Positions 26,179 to 40,300 of a stretch of 64,000 nucleotides of DNA are shown here, piece by piece. The number at the start of each line of letters is the position of its first letter. Position 1 is the stretch's first letter. Origin of the DNA: Botryllus schlosseri (taxonomy: Eukaryota); contig CM119371.1 in the NCBI GenBank assembly GCA_051294905.1, forward strand, positions 14,138,001 through 14,202,000, written 5' to 3'. Made by a program: the position numbers and the translations under genes. The notes below the pieces were generated by a model that did not search any database, was not told where the DNA came from, and was given only the letters and a program-made list of their open reading frames with translations.

Positions 26179-27816
26179 CGTGAATGATCACACAAGCGCT
26201 AGTACATTCCTCGTTATCCCTTTAAATAAGTAGGCTAGAGACACATCCCCATACTGTGCAAAGAATGCGGCACCGAAGAAACCGCAGAGCACTAGCTGCT
26301 TTCTTTTTACTGCCATCGTGATATTAAGTTATAACGAGAGTGATATTAACGTTACATTCAAGGACTTATGGTCAATGATGTCAAGATGACCGGAACTTTT
26401 TTTCTGTCTACTGAAAGCTTCAAATGATAAAACTCTACCAGTTTTCGTTTGCGCGTAGCGAACGCGAACCGAATGTTCGTACCATTCATGGATCTATGGA
26501 ACTCTAGAAATATTTATCCCTGGGATCATCCTTACCAATGACATATCACAACCGATGATTTATTTTGCAGAGAAGAGTATAACGCTACTATAAGCTGTGT
26601 CGTTTTCGGCAATGATTTCACTTCACTTTCTTGCAGCATTGACATCTATGTTTGGTAGGTGAACTTGAAGATTTCATACTACCACAAAATAAAGTGCTAT
26701 GATCGTGCTGGGTTTCTTAAACTCCTTTTAACGCGGACCCCAAATTTTAACTCTGGTTTTCGTGATCCATCCTATCTGTCACTTATTCCAAGAAAATGTT
26801 TCTGATATGCATCACTTAAAATAAGCGTTCGAGATTTCAAGATGAGACTCCGTTCGCATGTTCAATAGAGTCTATCGACTAACTGCTATTCATATGGTGC
26901 CCTTCTTCACTTCGACATTAAAAACCCTCATTTGAATATTTGCTATTGCCATTGCCACCAAGGGCGACTCATCTGGTCCTTACGGGCGACCTGGCGCCCG
27001 CGTGCACCACGTTGGTGACCTACGGTATAAAGTGATTTTGGCACGGATTGGCCGTGCATCCATGATTTATAACCTGTACATTTTTTTTAGTTCACGAACC
27101 CCCAAAGGGTTTATGGAATCCAGATTAAGAACCCTTGGTATAATAGTTCGGGAAAGGATTTATTTAGCTGCGTTTCGATACCCTTCAAAAGGCTGGGTGC
27201 AGAGGTGCTTAGATTGATCACTCGTTTGTACTTGGCATGACCAAAAATATTCTTCGCAGTAGAAGCTTTCAAATAACTGTACATGCCCAATTGCCCATTG
27301 ACTATGTCCGATCAATGCACTTACTTCATATCTATAGCGTAACGTATTATCGTATGGCAGTTATGTAGCTATTGTGTGAGATTCGTGTGCGCCAAATATT
27401 TCAAATATATAGGCAGCGATTGCCAAAACGAGTGACCATCCAGTTTGTGGCTATCAGATTGAACTAGGTTTTTAGAAGATCAATATATTCTCTTCTGCTG
27501 TAAACATATATTTTATTTTCTGCACAGGAATTTTCGGAAAAGGTGCCACGCGATCAGATGAGGTTAGTCACATTTTGCGGGGACATCTTCTTGTTCATTG
27601 ATTTCAGAAAATGACCTGACGATTATGACACATCGGAAAACACTCGGTACTCGCAATAAGTTGAAAATACTTTCGTTTGTAACATTAATGTACGTTTAAC
27701 GTTACCTGCAGTTGAGTTAATTCGCATGGCCCTTAATTGCTGTAGTCATGTCAAACCAGAAAAATATTGCTATGAGCCTCATGTATTTATATGGAATGAT
27801 GTTGATGGGTTACGCA

Positions 27817-30060
27817 TAGGGTTGCATTTAAAACAAACGCTGTTTTAAAACACTTTGTTTAAAACATATTTTAACCAGTGTTTTAAACAAATGCCTTATA
27901 AAAAAAAGCAATTTTTTAAACCTTGTCTAATTATGCCACAATTGTGTAAATGCTTCAGAAAACCCATGTAGAACAGGGGTGGGCAATTATTTTCCTCGTG
28001 GGCCAAATGAGAAGCAGACATATGTTGGCGGGCCGAGTAAGAAATTTTAGAATATCCAACGTATTGATTTTATTTCTAAATTGGAAGCAGTGAATTGCAC
28101 GAATTGGTGCTCAGTGGATGTGTTGATATCGGGAATGACAAGGTGGCGGCTAATTACCCAAAAATATCTATTTGCCGTCATATTTTGAAACGATGTTAAA
28201 CATGATACATTTTGAACTCTCTTTAAACCCCTATCCGCGGTTTGCTATCAATAAATTAAAATGCATTAGGAATGGCCGAAACAATCCGTCGTCCTCCCCC
28301 AAACGCTGGTCGCGAGCCCCCATAGAGTTCTAAACCAAGCTCCTGGTGGCTTCCCCCCAAGACAAGCCCCCATCGAGATGCACGATGCACGAGATGTCTT
28401 GTATACACTAATTGGCAAGGTTTGTACCCTAATCGCTCGAAGCGCGGCATTTTTTCATGACTTATAATTCAATCGGTCAATAATATAGGTAAATGCAAAT
28501 ATATTGCTATATTTTTTAACCTCTCTCGGCCCACGTAGTGGCCTACTCAGTTTTACGGCTGGAGCTGAGTGAGGTGCTGTCTTGGAAATATTCGGGAGGG
28601 CCCGTTGGTATAATTACTTCGTTACATGTTGTTATTTCGTGACCTCCCGTCTGCTATGTGATGAGATATTGAAATCGCCAAGGCGAACCAAACTAAAGAG
28701 ACGCACCCGATTCCTGATTAGTATTTCTTCACTGGCAAATATTGCCTATGGACAATTGGACTTCGTGGTTTTCGGTCAACATAAGGGCAGTCCTTTTCGG
28801 CCAAGGTTTTCTCGCTGTCAAGCTTTTTTCCCCTTTACTTGGTTAATTTGATCAGCAGTTGCAATTGGAGTGCCTTCTCGGAATCCCGTGTTGGCCTAAA
28901 GTTCATTTATCTTGCTGCGTCGTAGCGCAGTAATGGCTAACGCCGAAATGCCCAATTCTAAAAAGCATCGATATCTAGATAGCGCGAAGCGCGAGAAAAA
29001 TTTGAATGAAGTTGCATAAATTTTCAAAAAAATACCCTATTATTTATTTTCATTCACGAAATAATTTTTGGCGCCTGTCGAGCTCGCCATCCAATTGGGG
29101 CGTTTGGGGTGCGGGAGTTACAGTCCTGAGGATAGCTTATTGTCTTGGTAGCTGGTTTTCGAGATGTGTGCAGCTTGCTGAAATGGCCTCGTTGTTTAGC
29201 CAAGGTTGCAGTTATTAACCATCTTTGAATTTCACCTTCCGGCTTTCTTTTTTTTTGACATCCTTTATGGTTGGTAATATATTCATAAAAATCATGGCAC
29301 TGATTCACTTGTTTCACGAATTATGGATTTTGAAAAACATCACCCTTAGAAATATTCGTAGATTTACCCAAATTATACCAGTAAATTTGTCCCGTCAGTT
29401 ATAACGGTCAAGGCTCGTTAAATTAGTATTTCAAATTTTCCGGTCTCAGAGTCGTAAGCCTAAAACTGCTGCCGGAACCAGACCAGTAATTTTGCATAAA
29501 ATATTTTTAACAGTGCATGTGAGGTACGTATATAGGCTGCGTAATCACGGTATGTTAATAAACAGGCTCAAACAACCTTTAGCGGGCCGTACAGAATCAC
29601 TCGGTGGGTCACATTTGGCCCGCGGGCCGCACTTTGCCCAGGCCTGATGTGGAATGAGCCTACGGACGATTTGCACCCAAAATAGTCGACGTATACGATG
29701 TGGGGTGGCTGGAACCCTCGAAATCGTCGTCGGTTCAACAGTTTTTCTCGTAGATATAGATCATTGGTAACGAACGGGGGTTCTGATGATGATGAACGGC
29801 GACCGTAAAAATGCTGCAGAACGATGTAGTCCTGGTAAAAGATATTTTTGGTCTGTTTATGACAGTGATCGGAAGCCCTACTCGTCGAAGGAGCCATCTT
29901 TACCCTATATTTTCAATCGCAAATGTATATCCAATGTGACGTCCCAATTGAACATTCGTGACGTCATGGTTAAAAAAATCAATGAAAACGTGTTTTAAAC
30001 AAGGGCATGGTTTTAAACATGTTTGTTTTAAATTGATTTTTGTTTTAAATGCGGCCATAG
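27817..30060. mobile_element. TAGGGTTGCATTTAAAAC-family MITE (interrupted). Other copies near 15210-15604, 34441-34988, 53100-53433, 57706-58143 and 58710-59510
   Basis: Shared termini with TTTAAAAC repeats and a shared internal core (ggtggctggaaccctcgaaatcg). Confidence 0.8.
27974..29646. mobile_element. Buster-type hAT non-autonomous element
   Basis: Ends caggggtgggcaa / ttgcccaggcctg; TSD atgtagaa/atgtggaa. Empty site at about 58735. Confidence 0.88.
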
Positions 30061-30727
30061 GTATGCAGATATGTGCTTGAAATCGTTCATACTTCTGCAT
30101 TATACGAGACGACAAACGCCATTTCACCCGCAAAAGTGATTTAATTCAAACGGAAGTGCGTTCTCCGTGAATATACGACTCGAGTCTATTGACTTTCGAT
30201 TTTCTTCCTAACTCAACCCAGCCCAAGTCACGATTATATACCGCGACAAACAGAAAGTGCCGTTTGGAATCTATGACTAATACAGTGGTTCTCAACCGGT
30301 TTGCCGCCGCACACTATAGTGTGCCACTGCCATCTAAACTTCGCAAGTGTGCCGCGAGCGATTTCTTCGAAATTTTGAAATTGTGCGCAAAATAATTCTA
30401 GTCTAGTCTATAGCAAACGACCAATAATCTAAATCGAGCTTGATGTGAAGTTTGTACATTTGACAAATCTAAATTGATGTTATGCTCGCAATCAATATCC
30501 TGCGCGAATTCGCTTTACACAACACGCTGATTGATCGCAGAGAAGAGCAGACTTGGCGACGCCTATACGGCAACGACAATGCAGTTTTCCGATACTCATT
30601 GTCTCCCAAATCACCAGCGAGAAATGACCTCCTTCGGAGGTGATATTCTCGTTTACAAATTCGAATTACAAATATAGCAATCGATATTGCAATTGTAAAG
30701 CACTTCCGGCACTTCCGACCGACCGAG

Positions 30728-31061
30728 ACCGACAAGATAGCGTAATGATTAAGCGTCCGGATCCTTGATCGGTAGATCGTGGGTTCGATTACCGGCCGGG
30801 TCAGACCAAAGACCTGATAACACTGGTATCCATGACTTCCCTGCTTGGCGCTCATGCATTATTGGGATAGCATGGAAGGGTGGTGCAGTGCATGACTTAG
30901 AAAGCCGTACAAGGCTTATCTGCACCTCCCCTGTCCAGTGGCATATGCACATCATGCACGCATGGTATGCATATGCACGAATCGTGTGTATATGTATATC
31001 ATGAGTCGGTGTATATGCCGCAAAAACATCAAGGACAAAAATAAACTACGTCCTTTCCTTT
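30728..31061 (+). mobile_element. tRNA-derived SINE family 1 with a MetaSINE-like central domain
   Basis: A box (tagcgtaatga), B box (ggttcgattacc), core ggtcagaccaaagac...ccctgcttggcgctcatgcatta, (CCTTT) tail. Inverted copy at 58781-59110. Confidence 0.85.
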
Positions 31062-31841
31062 TTCTGTAAAGTGTATGCTTGTAGTACAACTTTGTGTTAC
31101 AGGCGACGAATATGAGAATTGACAAGTAAGGTTGATCAAATTATATCAGTTAACAAACGTCCTCGCCGCTGATGTTATTATCTTGATTTGTTGGAAGTGT
31201 AATTGAACCGCGGGTGGCTGCCAGTAGAACTATCGAGGTATGACTATCCTCATTCCTCACACGCGTGCCAAACGATCTGCGAGGAAATGCATTGTATAGC
31301 CTACGCGTCTACGCCTCAGTATTCGTTAGCGGTGTTCGTGCAGAAGAGATGAGAGTGGCATTATTCAATGTGCGTCCAGATATTGGCAGGATGCGCTAGA
31401 AAGTCAAGCTCAAATTTCGCACTGACTTTGTGATGAAATTCAACAAATTGTTTTGTTTTCGCGAGAACGGTTCAATCTAATAAGAAACATTTTGTATTGG
31501 CTGCAGAGATTATCACATTAGTCAACGTGGGTGCTGCCAAGTATTCTCACGGTAGTTTGCAGGAGCCGTACGACAAAACAGTTCAGAACCACTTTGTTGG
31601 TGATGAAAAATAAAGACTGAAAATGACTCATAATTTTTTATTTTACTGCGCAACGTTTGCCTGTGGTTTGGAGTACACACCTTGTCGCCGCAATGACCAA
31701 AACCGGATAGTTGTAACTCAGCAAGAAGGGTCAATACTTTAACTTGATAAAGAAAATATTTTCTATTAGGACAGAGCAAAGTCATTCACGATGCTAGCAT
31801 AGACCATATTTTTATTTTACTAGGCAGCGACGTGTGGTAAG

Positions 31842-32761
31842 TAGGGATGGTGTGAACCTCTGAAAGGTTCAGGTTCGTGTGAACGCGAACCTTTTTGAAA
31901 GGTTCTGTGTGAACACGAACGTGAACCTCATGACGTCACGTAACGTCATATTGCCAATTTCAAACCTACATTTCAGTGAAGTGATGGCCTATATTATTGT
32001 ACACCATACCTAGCGACGACTCGGGCCACATAATGCCACAATGCTTAAGTACATATTAACGTTTTTAACGTAACCAGATGTATCAACTGGAGCAATCAAA
32101 TGATATAATTATAAGTAATCTCATAAAATCAATATCTCCCGTCGCTTCGTCATCAATTTTGACGAGGACTTGCAAGGGAACATAAGCTACGTTGATACTG
32201 AGTAGACTGTAAAACGGGTTTCTATATTTGCTACCGATAATACCCCAATAACTAGTTATACAGCAGTAGCCAACACCCCAATCGCGCGGATTTGTTTTTA
32301 TGATACAATAAACATATGTAATGAAGATTGAACCCGTTCGCCAGCTAGATCTTTTACATCAGACAACGATATCAATCTATTTGATTGGTTGAATACGCAT
32401 CATTCGCTGACTACCTTGTACTCCACTCCCGATGTTGTGTGATTGCGGGTCAAGCTCACAGCCCAGAGTCACTAAATATTTGATCAGTTTTATAACAAAG
32501 CAAGTAAAAGTTTTGAGATTGTCAAGGTGCATGCTCGTTTATTGTTGATTTTTTTATGCTGCCATCGCCATGCATAAAGTGGTCCGCAGTTGAATTGCAA
32601 TAAGTTTCAGCCAAAGTAGTTATAATGAAATGAAAATTGTAATATATGAAAAAGGTTCACAGTGCAGAACCTGCCTAGGTTCGTTTGTGAACGCGAACCT
32701 CTAAATTTCAGAGGTTCACACACAGAACGCGAACGTGAACCTCACGTTCACACCATCCCTA
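31842..32761 (+). mobile_element. hAT MITE, TAGGGATGG/GTGAAC family
   Basis: Perfect TIR and TSD gtggtaag. Empty site at about 61332. Confidence 0.95.
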
Positions 32762-34220
32762 GTGGTAAGGTTCATGATCGGGAAAGCTCATTTTCTTCCT
32801 TAACATAAAATAGAAAAGGCTACATGATTGAGTTGACGACTTGTTTCTTGTAACAATACCACTATACTCGGGCTCAGGTTACGTAGTAATGTAGTATGCT
32901 TAAACTACCAAGTCAACAAAATGGGAAGCAATCGCCCGCTGTATCATGCACATTCGATGTCAGAATGATGCTTCGACTGATAAAATTTTCGCAGTTCAGC
33001 TGCAAACCTTTATTACCGTTTATTAACTCTCTCGCTACTGCAGCTTACAACCGCTAATAACCCTATCGCTGCTTGAATCATTGTTGCGTTCTGGCAGAAC
33101 CGTATGTTGCAAGACATCACAATTTGACAATATGTTTTCATTATCGTGTTAGTTATAATAAAATCCATCACACGCATACATTCAAATTACTGGTCAAATA
33201 CAGACAGACAGTCATATAAAATGTATAAAACGACATATTGATTTCAGTCGAGTTACGGAGTGATCTTCTTCCCAGGACAAGTTTGATACAGCTATTCCTT
33301 CTCTTGAATTGAAAAGCAGACAAGATCTGTTTTATTAAACAAGTCTGTGCCTTGGCGGGGAGAATAGGATCAAGGCAACGCGGAGCTACCATCAGCAGTT
33401 AACTCACTGTGCGGCACGCTGACTTCATTCAGAGCCCAATTGTGAATGATTTCTCCCAAGTTTAAGCTTGGCATGGTCTCTGATATCTGGGTAATTCCAC
33501 TGGTCTCATATTCGTGTGATGCACTGTCAGCCAAATGTTATTAGTGGTGATAATCGGCTGATCGTGGACATTGTCGCTGCAGGCTGAACCAATGCTTACA
33601 GGACGATATTTAATGAACTGTTGCCTCCGCCAACGCTGCATTGTTTTCAATTCACCATCAGACTTGTACGAATATTTGGGCATATCGCAATCGCTTTATG
33701 GCTTAAAGGCTAAATGTAGCAACAAAATAACTCGTAGATTAACGTACCGTCTTCGATGATTAGGCAACATTCATCGTTAACATATGACACAAAAAATTGG
33801 GGTGGAATAGGTGCATCAGGGCTGTTTAAATGGATAATTTCATCCGAAAAACACATCAAAAATAGAGCATTATCTGAGACGTTGAGCAAATCCGGAAGTA
33901 TGGAAAAAGTATCAAATATGGTATGGAAAATTGTAACTACGGTATGAAACGATTGAGACGGGTATGGAGTATGGAAATTTCCCATTCCATACCATATCAT
34001 TCCTGGCGTCATTATTATTTGCATTTTAGTAATCGGTGCAACAATAGCCCGCAATTGATACCCGTTATTAAAAATTCTGAGCTCGGTTCGTGTCTAGGCT
34101 TCCATCTAAAACCAAAATCAATTTAAAACAAACTTGTTTAAAGCATGTCACTCTCGTAATATCAGGATGCATTAGATTTTGAATCAATTACGGGAAGATC
34201 TTGCAAATCGTACTTCACAG

Positions 34221-34367
34221 GGAAAAGATTATAAAATCCAGTATAGACCTGGCGATGTTCTTATTGTTGGACTGGTCGCCGTTCATAATAGTGAAAATGA
34301 GGATTGCTCAAACGTACTGGAAGAGGGGATTCAAGCTGTAGAGACGATGAACATGATTATCGACCAG
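34221..34367 (+). CDS. mGluR-like exon: GKDYKIQYRPGDVLIVGLVAVH...EGIQAVETMNMIIDQ
   Basis: Acceptor ttcacag (alternative in-frame AG before 34176); donor gtatga. Confidence 0.85.
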
Positions 34368-37300
34368 GTATGAGTTTTCACCTCACTAAAATTGATTGTC
34401 CGAATATTTACGCTGTTCTGAAGTAGACTTAGTCATAGATAAGGTTGTATTTAAAACAAAAAACGATTTAAACAAACGTGTTTAAAGCATGAACCTTGTT
34501 TAAAACATGCTTTCTAATGATTTTTTGTTTGTTTTTAACCATGACGTCACGAATCATGAATTGTAATGTCACAGTGGATTGACATTGACCATTGAAATTA
34601 TAGGGTTAATATGGCTCCTTCGACGAAAAAGGCTCCCGGCACCCGGCATATACAGACCAAAAATATCTTTAACCGGGACTACATCGTTATGCAGCATTTT
34701 TACGGTCGGCGGCCATCATCATCATCAGTGCACCCAACGTTCCAATGATCTGTAACTACGTGCCATCACCGTAGAACCGACTACGATTTCAAGGGTTCCA
34801 GCCACCCTACATCGCATACGCCGACTATATTGGGTGCAGGCTGATACTACATGCTTTTTCGAAAGTATTTACACAAATATGGCATAATTATACAACGTTT
34901 GAAATAAACCCATTTTTTAAAAAGGAACTCTTTAAAACATGTTTTAAACAAAGGGTTTTAAAACACCATTTGTTTAAATGCAACCCCAGTCGTAAACCGG
35001 GATAATGCACGCAAATATAGGTTCGTGTGATAGCAGGAACCGTAGTGAGAGGAATGGTTTCGGTTGAAGATCTTAAAAGTACTCAATTACTGTTATCAGG
35101 TAATTGAAGGTGATCGCTTTCAAAATTGTAGCGCACATCTACCTCCGCGACTATCATTTTGAAGAATACCACCGAAGTTTCCTGACAAATTTTCAAATAT
35201 GACAACCCTGGCGTACCATTCCGTCGTCGTGAATCTATTCCTCCCAAACGCACCGATAATTACAGACTCATGATACCACTGAATAGTAACATAATGTGTA
35301 TCATGCCAGATCAACGCAGATACGGACATTCTGCCTGGAATCCAGCTGGGAAGCATTATAATCGATACTTGCTATTCTGACGCCGAAGCTGCGAGAAGGG
35401 TGAGACATGGCAGTGCATGCAACAGCTGTTGTGACGACTCGTGATTTTAGGAATCAGTTTGCAATTCAAGTGTTTTTTATTTGTCTTTCGCTTTTCGAAT
35501 CTGGTATTCCTAATCTACACTTCTAATCGCCCAATTGTGTTTGATTTGATTGTTTAATTACCGTTTGCCGTGTTGTCTTGTCTTGAGCTATGTATCGTCC
35601 TCCTGAATCTCTACTCACTCTTCAAGCATCGTAAGTTCAAGGAATATTCCGAATCTCGCTCTAGCACCATCTTATTTATATCAACCAAATCCCAAGTCTA
35701 CATTTTTTTCAATTTGAATCGTTTGGTATTAATAACTCGAATACTAGACAGATACTCAACGTTTCCCTAGTCCAAAAGCAGGTTTCAGCTCAGCAGACGG
35801 GATTCGACGACTGGGAAATCGGCATTGGAGAGTCGCTTCGAAAAAATCAGCATTGGCATTAATATATCGGAAGGAATTATGGACGAGATATTTGCCCAAA
35901 TCTGCTCGAATTTAGATCCCTATACCAGTGTTTTAGATATAATTTGTGTCAATTCAGTAGAGCCCTTCTAATCGCGAATCAGATCCAATATATAATTGCT
36001 GCAGAAAGTATAATATTTCGCTACTCATCAAATTTTACGTTATTTAATATATCGTACATCGTACACATTATTGCATTTTACTATAATCGATGGGCATTAA
36101 TACCTGTGCATTATTTCTTTGTGCCCATGTCCAACCTCTTGTGATATCAACTGCGCTACCGGCTCTGATAGCTATGTAGTATATAGAGCATCTAATTAGA
36201 CATCGACTCTGTAAGCGATATCTTTACGGATTACGATTATTCGACATGGATAAAATAACGCAAAATGATATATTCCGCTAATTTCGATTCTCAGGGGACC
36301 CGGTCTTGGATTCGAAGAGCTTGGAAATTAGCTTCCTTCTGTCGATTCATAGAATTCGGCTTAGACTTCAAATCCGGAATATAATTTGAATTTGAAAAGA
36401 TCCGATATATATTCGATAATTCGAATACTTCTCGTATGCAACGTGTCAAAATATGTTAAAATACTAAAATTGAGAAATTCAGTTGCACTAAAATCGCGCG
36501 AAGTGCGGAGAAAAATTTTCAACATAAAGAGGTCTAAAAACTCTACTTGGTGTTGATTTACGAATAAGTTTGGGTCACCTACGAGCTTTTTCGATTATGA
36601 AAATTTCCGTTTCAGTTTTAGTCACCAATTATTTGGCGTGTCAAGAAAAATCATTACACGTGCCTGGGGTTGCCGACCCCGTCCTATACCACATGCATGG
36701 GCAACACAATCAGGAAATATACATTTTATGATGATCAAGTGATATGTAAACCAGTGTCACTAAGACGAAAACTAACCTATCTAAAGTTTACTATATTTGT
36801 GCATTTCCAACTAAACATATTATGTCTCTTTGATCGCAGGTAATTTTGGATATTTTACCATTATTCTCGGACTGTGGTGCACGATATCCGAATCTGCAGA
36901 CTGGTAAATTATCCCCGACCCTCGTTGCAGGTACATGATATTCACGTATTGCTGTACAATTCGGCTCAACATTTGGCTTGTGAAATACGGTGTTGATATT
37001 ATTATGTTATTACAGGACTACAGCTCGATTCCTCGAACCAGGGCTGTTAAGAGCTGTTCTTTTTACCACCAATTCCTACTTTAAGGGTGGAGATAATAAA
37101 GTTGGATTAGCAATAAAGTCGATTATCGCGTTAGTCAGGATTTATCAACCCAGGATTAAGGAAACCGGTTGATCGTAGCGCATAAAGTTATTGATAATCT
37201 CGTGATTTAACAGATCGGAACAAACTAGAGATAACTATAGATATCTATTATAACTATAGTTATAAAAACTGCGTACACTGCGCACAAATACGCACGCCTA

Positions 37301-40300
37301 CGCACAAATATTTCCAGTAATGGTTTCCCTAAACAATCAACGAATTATTTACCCGCCATTGCAGAGCGATATCAATATTCTATAATCCGTTTCTTAGCTG
37401 TACCGCGCGAATTGAACACGACTTTCATTTAGTGATGATGATAATTCTTAGCTATTGCAGTGGGAGTATCGTTATCACCAGGCTGCTGTTTCATTAAATA
37501 AATTGACAACTGACAGCCTGTAACGCGTATTCGCATTATGATGCAACAGATAACGCCCCTTGACTGAAAACTCGGGAGACCTCGACTAACCATCGCGCGT
37601 AACCTTTTCCAATTTCATACGTCGCGATTAGCATAATTTAATCACACGATTAGCATTCTTCCGGATCAGCTAACTTTATTATCTTCGCCTGAAATGCGTC
37701 CCGATTAGCAGTTTTTAATCACATGATTAGCATTCTCCCGGATAAGCTAACTTTATTATCTTCGCCCTAAAACTTTAAACACACTCACTCTCCCTGAGCG
37801 AGTCAGTTCTGGAAAACAACTCCACTCCGGTTAATATACCAAGGCCGCGATTGCAACGCCCTGAAGCTGGGTTGCAGACAAGTTCACGGATTTGTTGAAA
37901 TATTTATTCGACTGAAGTGGTCGTTGAAACGGTTCACGTTAATAAATTCCTCGCTTGTAGTTTTTGGTATCAAAGATGTATTTCCGTGAATTATTTGGAA
38001 TACCAGTGTATAGGAATGAATGCGCGATGAATGCACTCATATCTAGAGCGAACACCGACCATTTATCCACAGCTGCGAAATCAATTGGTTGCGGGTTCGA
38101 TTCTGACCGAGGTCGACTCCAGAATCCTACCTAAGTGTTGGATGTTTATATACACTCCTCCTCGCTATCTGATCCGCGCACGCGGTGTCTTAAAAAGTCA
38201 AGAAATGGGCCGTACTACAAGTCGGAAGATACGGAATCAAAATAAAGACAATCGGTCTGGTGTAAATTAACATTGTAGTCGACAAATAGCATGAATAGCA
38301 CAAACATACAAACAAACGCCCACCATTTACTCAAATAATGAACCACGGACGCGAATTCTTCACCAACATACTCAACTGTTTCAGGAGTTGTCGGTGCTGG
38401 ATCCAGTAGCGTATCAATTCAGGTGGCAAAAATACTAAACGCTGTTTCAGTTCCTCAGGTAGGTAATATTCATTTCGCTGAGTCCACGTTTTCAGATTTG
38501 ACCTTTACAAAAATCAGGCACTGGGTGGATTCGGAATATGTAACGTTAGTGGGTGTAACCGTTAAGCTTTAGGTCATGTGAAGATTTCGGATCAATTCGG
38601 ATTAATTATATAGTGTTTTAGATGCGCACAGCGCCTTCGTATCATACCAAAGAACAAATGCCTATTATGTTTTAAAAATCAGCTAAATCAACCAAATAGT
38701 GCTCCGTGCATGTCTTTTATAGTAATGCGGAATGGAGAATTCCAAATATGTCCGAATCGCTGTGGCATACGCAACAAATATTCAGTCACATTTATTGATA
38801 TCGGCTACAGGAACTGAAACAAAACGATCTGAGTGTACAATGCAATTATTAAAAGTCGTTATCTTTGTTATTACATTGTTATATATATATTTAGAAGTAA
38901 ACGATTACCCGATCGGACGCATGAAACATCGATCCCTAATATAGAGCTATTTTGATATATCTTGGATAATGAAATCTGATTTCAGATCAGTTATTGGGCA
39001 AGCAGTCCAGAATTGAGCAACAAACGTCTGTACAAGTACTTTTTCAGAGTTGTGCCTCCGGATGATAAGCAGGTGAACAATAACTGTATTTCCGAACCAA
39101 ACATGTATGTTCTAACGAAATCATTACTGCACAATTACCTCATGAATTTTACCCTTTCACGGTTGCTCATTCAGTACCTAATGCTCACACCAATGTGGGA
39201 TGCGAGTAGGGCTGGTTAAAATCAAGTACTTGAGTGACTCGATTCTGAATCACGTATTATGCTTAATACTCGATTCAGATTCGAGTACTCGAATCATTGT
39301 GCCCAGCCCTACAGACGAGGAGTTGTTGAAGTGGATAATTGCCAGCAATGGAAACGATGATGCAATCGGTTTTATTGATACAAAATTTACAGACAAATTC
39401 GTTTTCTTGATTCAGTTGACTGATTTGTAATAATAGGCAGCAATTAGATTTCTTATTATAATTTTACCTTTATGGGTGCTGTAAGATGTATGGTAACATT
39501 AATCTAGGAACAGGAACGCACCCTGATTGCTTCACGATATAATGTGAAATATTGGATTTCATCAGGTGGAAGCAATTATTGCACTCGCGCAACAACGCGG
39601 ATGGAGCTATATATCAATAGTGTACGATGACGATTCGTATGGCTTGAATGGCTTGCATGGTAAGCAATTGAGATCTGAAATCAATTAGAGCTTCCGCTAC
39701 AATAGCTATAGCCTATAGGCTACTATCGCTGGAATACATGCACCCTACAATTTGGATATAGCCTACTTATGCTCAAGACACGCATCAGTAGTGCGGATCG
39801 GATCGATAAATTCTCTGGTCCTACTTCGATCCTGTTCTTATAGCTCTGGTCCGACTCCAAGGCCGGATTCTAGAAATGACCGTGATCCGGTCCGGAAAAC
39901 TCCGATAATAATTATCTACTCACAGGAATGTATTGAATATTGATTGAAACAACGCAAACAGGACATTAAAAAACTCAATAATCAAACCCAACACTTATCT
40001 GAATTAATTATGCCAATTTGGACTTGGCATGTAGTTCATTTCCATTAATGCTTCACATGAAGTATTGATTCGAGGGTAGAAGAAGGTAAGGCTGTCATAT
40101 TCTTAGTAAAGAGTACTGATCCGACTCCCGGCAGTATCAGAAACAGAGCTGATCCGGCTCCTGAGAAAATACGGCCGGATATCCAATCCGGCTCCGGACC
40201 ATGCTCCGCCCTATCGCAGAGGCCAATTTACGCATACAAAATTATATCCTGCGAAAGGCTTTGATGTTGAAAGACGCACTATCTTTTCTGCTATTTTTAA

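Larger units (their letters stand above)
18174..26201 (+). mobile_element. TAGGGATGG-family hAT MITE expanded to 8 kb by nested insertions
   Basis: Left end tagggatgg, degenerate right end, TSD gtagattc/gtacattc. The host pieces rejoin to match 5577-6531. Confidence 0.85.

Noticed and set aside
30728..30800. tRNA genes at 30728, 59040-59110 and 61245-61318
   Set aside because: A and B boxes are present but continue into shared SINE bodies with tails and TSDs; no complete acceptor stem is evident.
33960..34060. Hydrophobic stretch (IIPGVIIICILVIGATIA) as the signal peptide
   Set aside because: It overlaps a TATGG/CCATA-repeat MITE end, runs into a stop and has no suitable donor.
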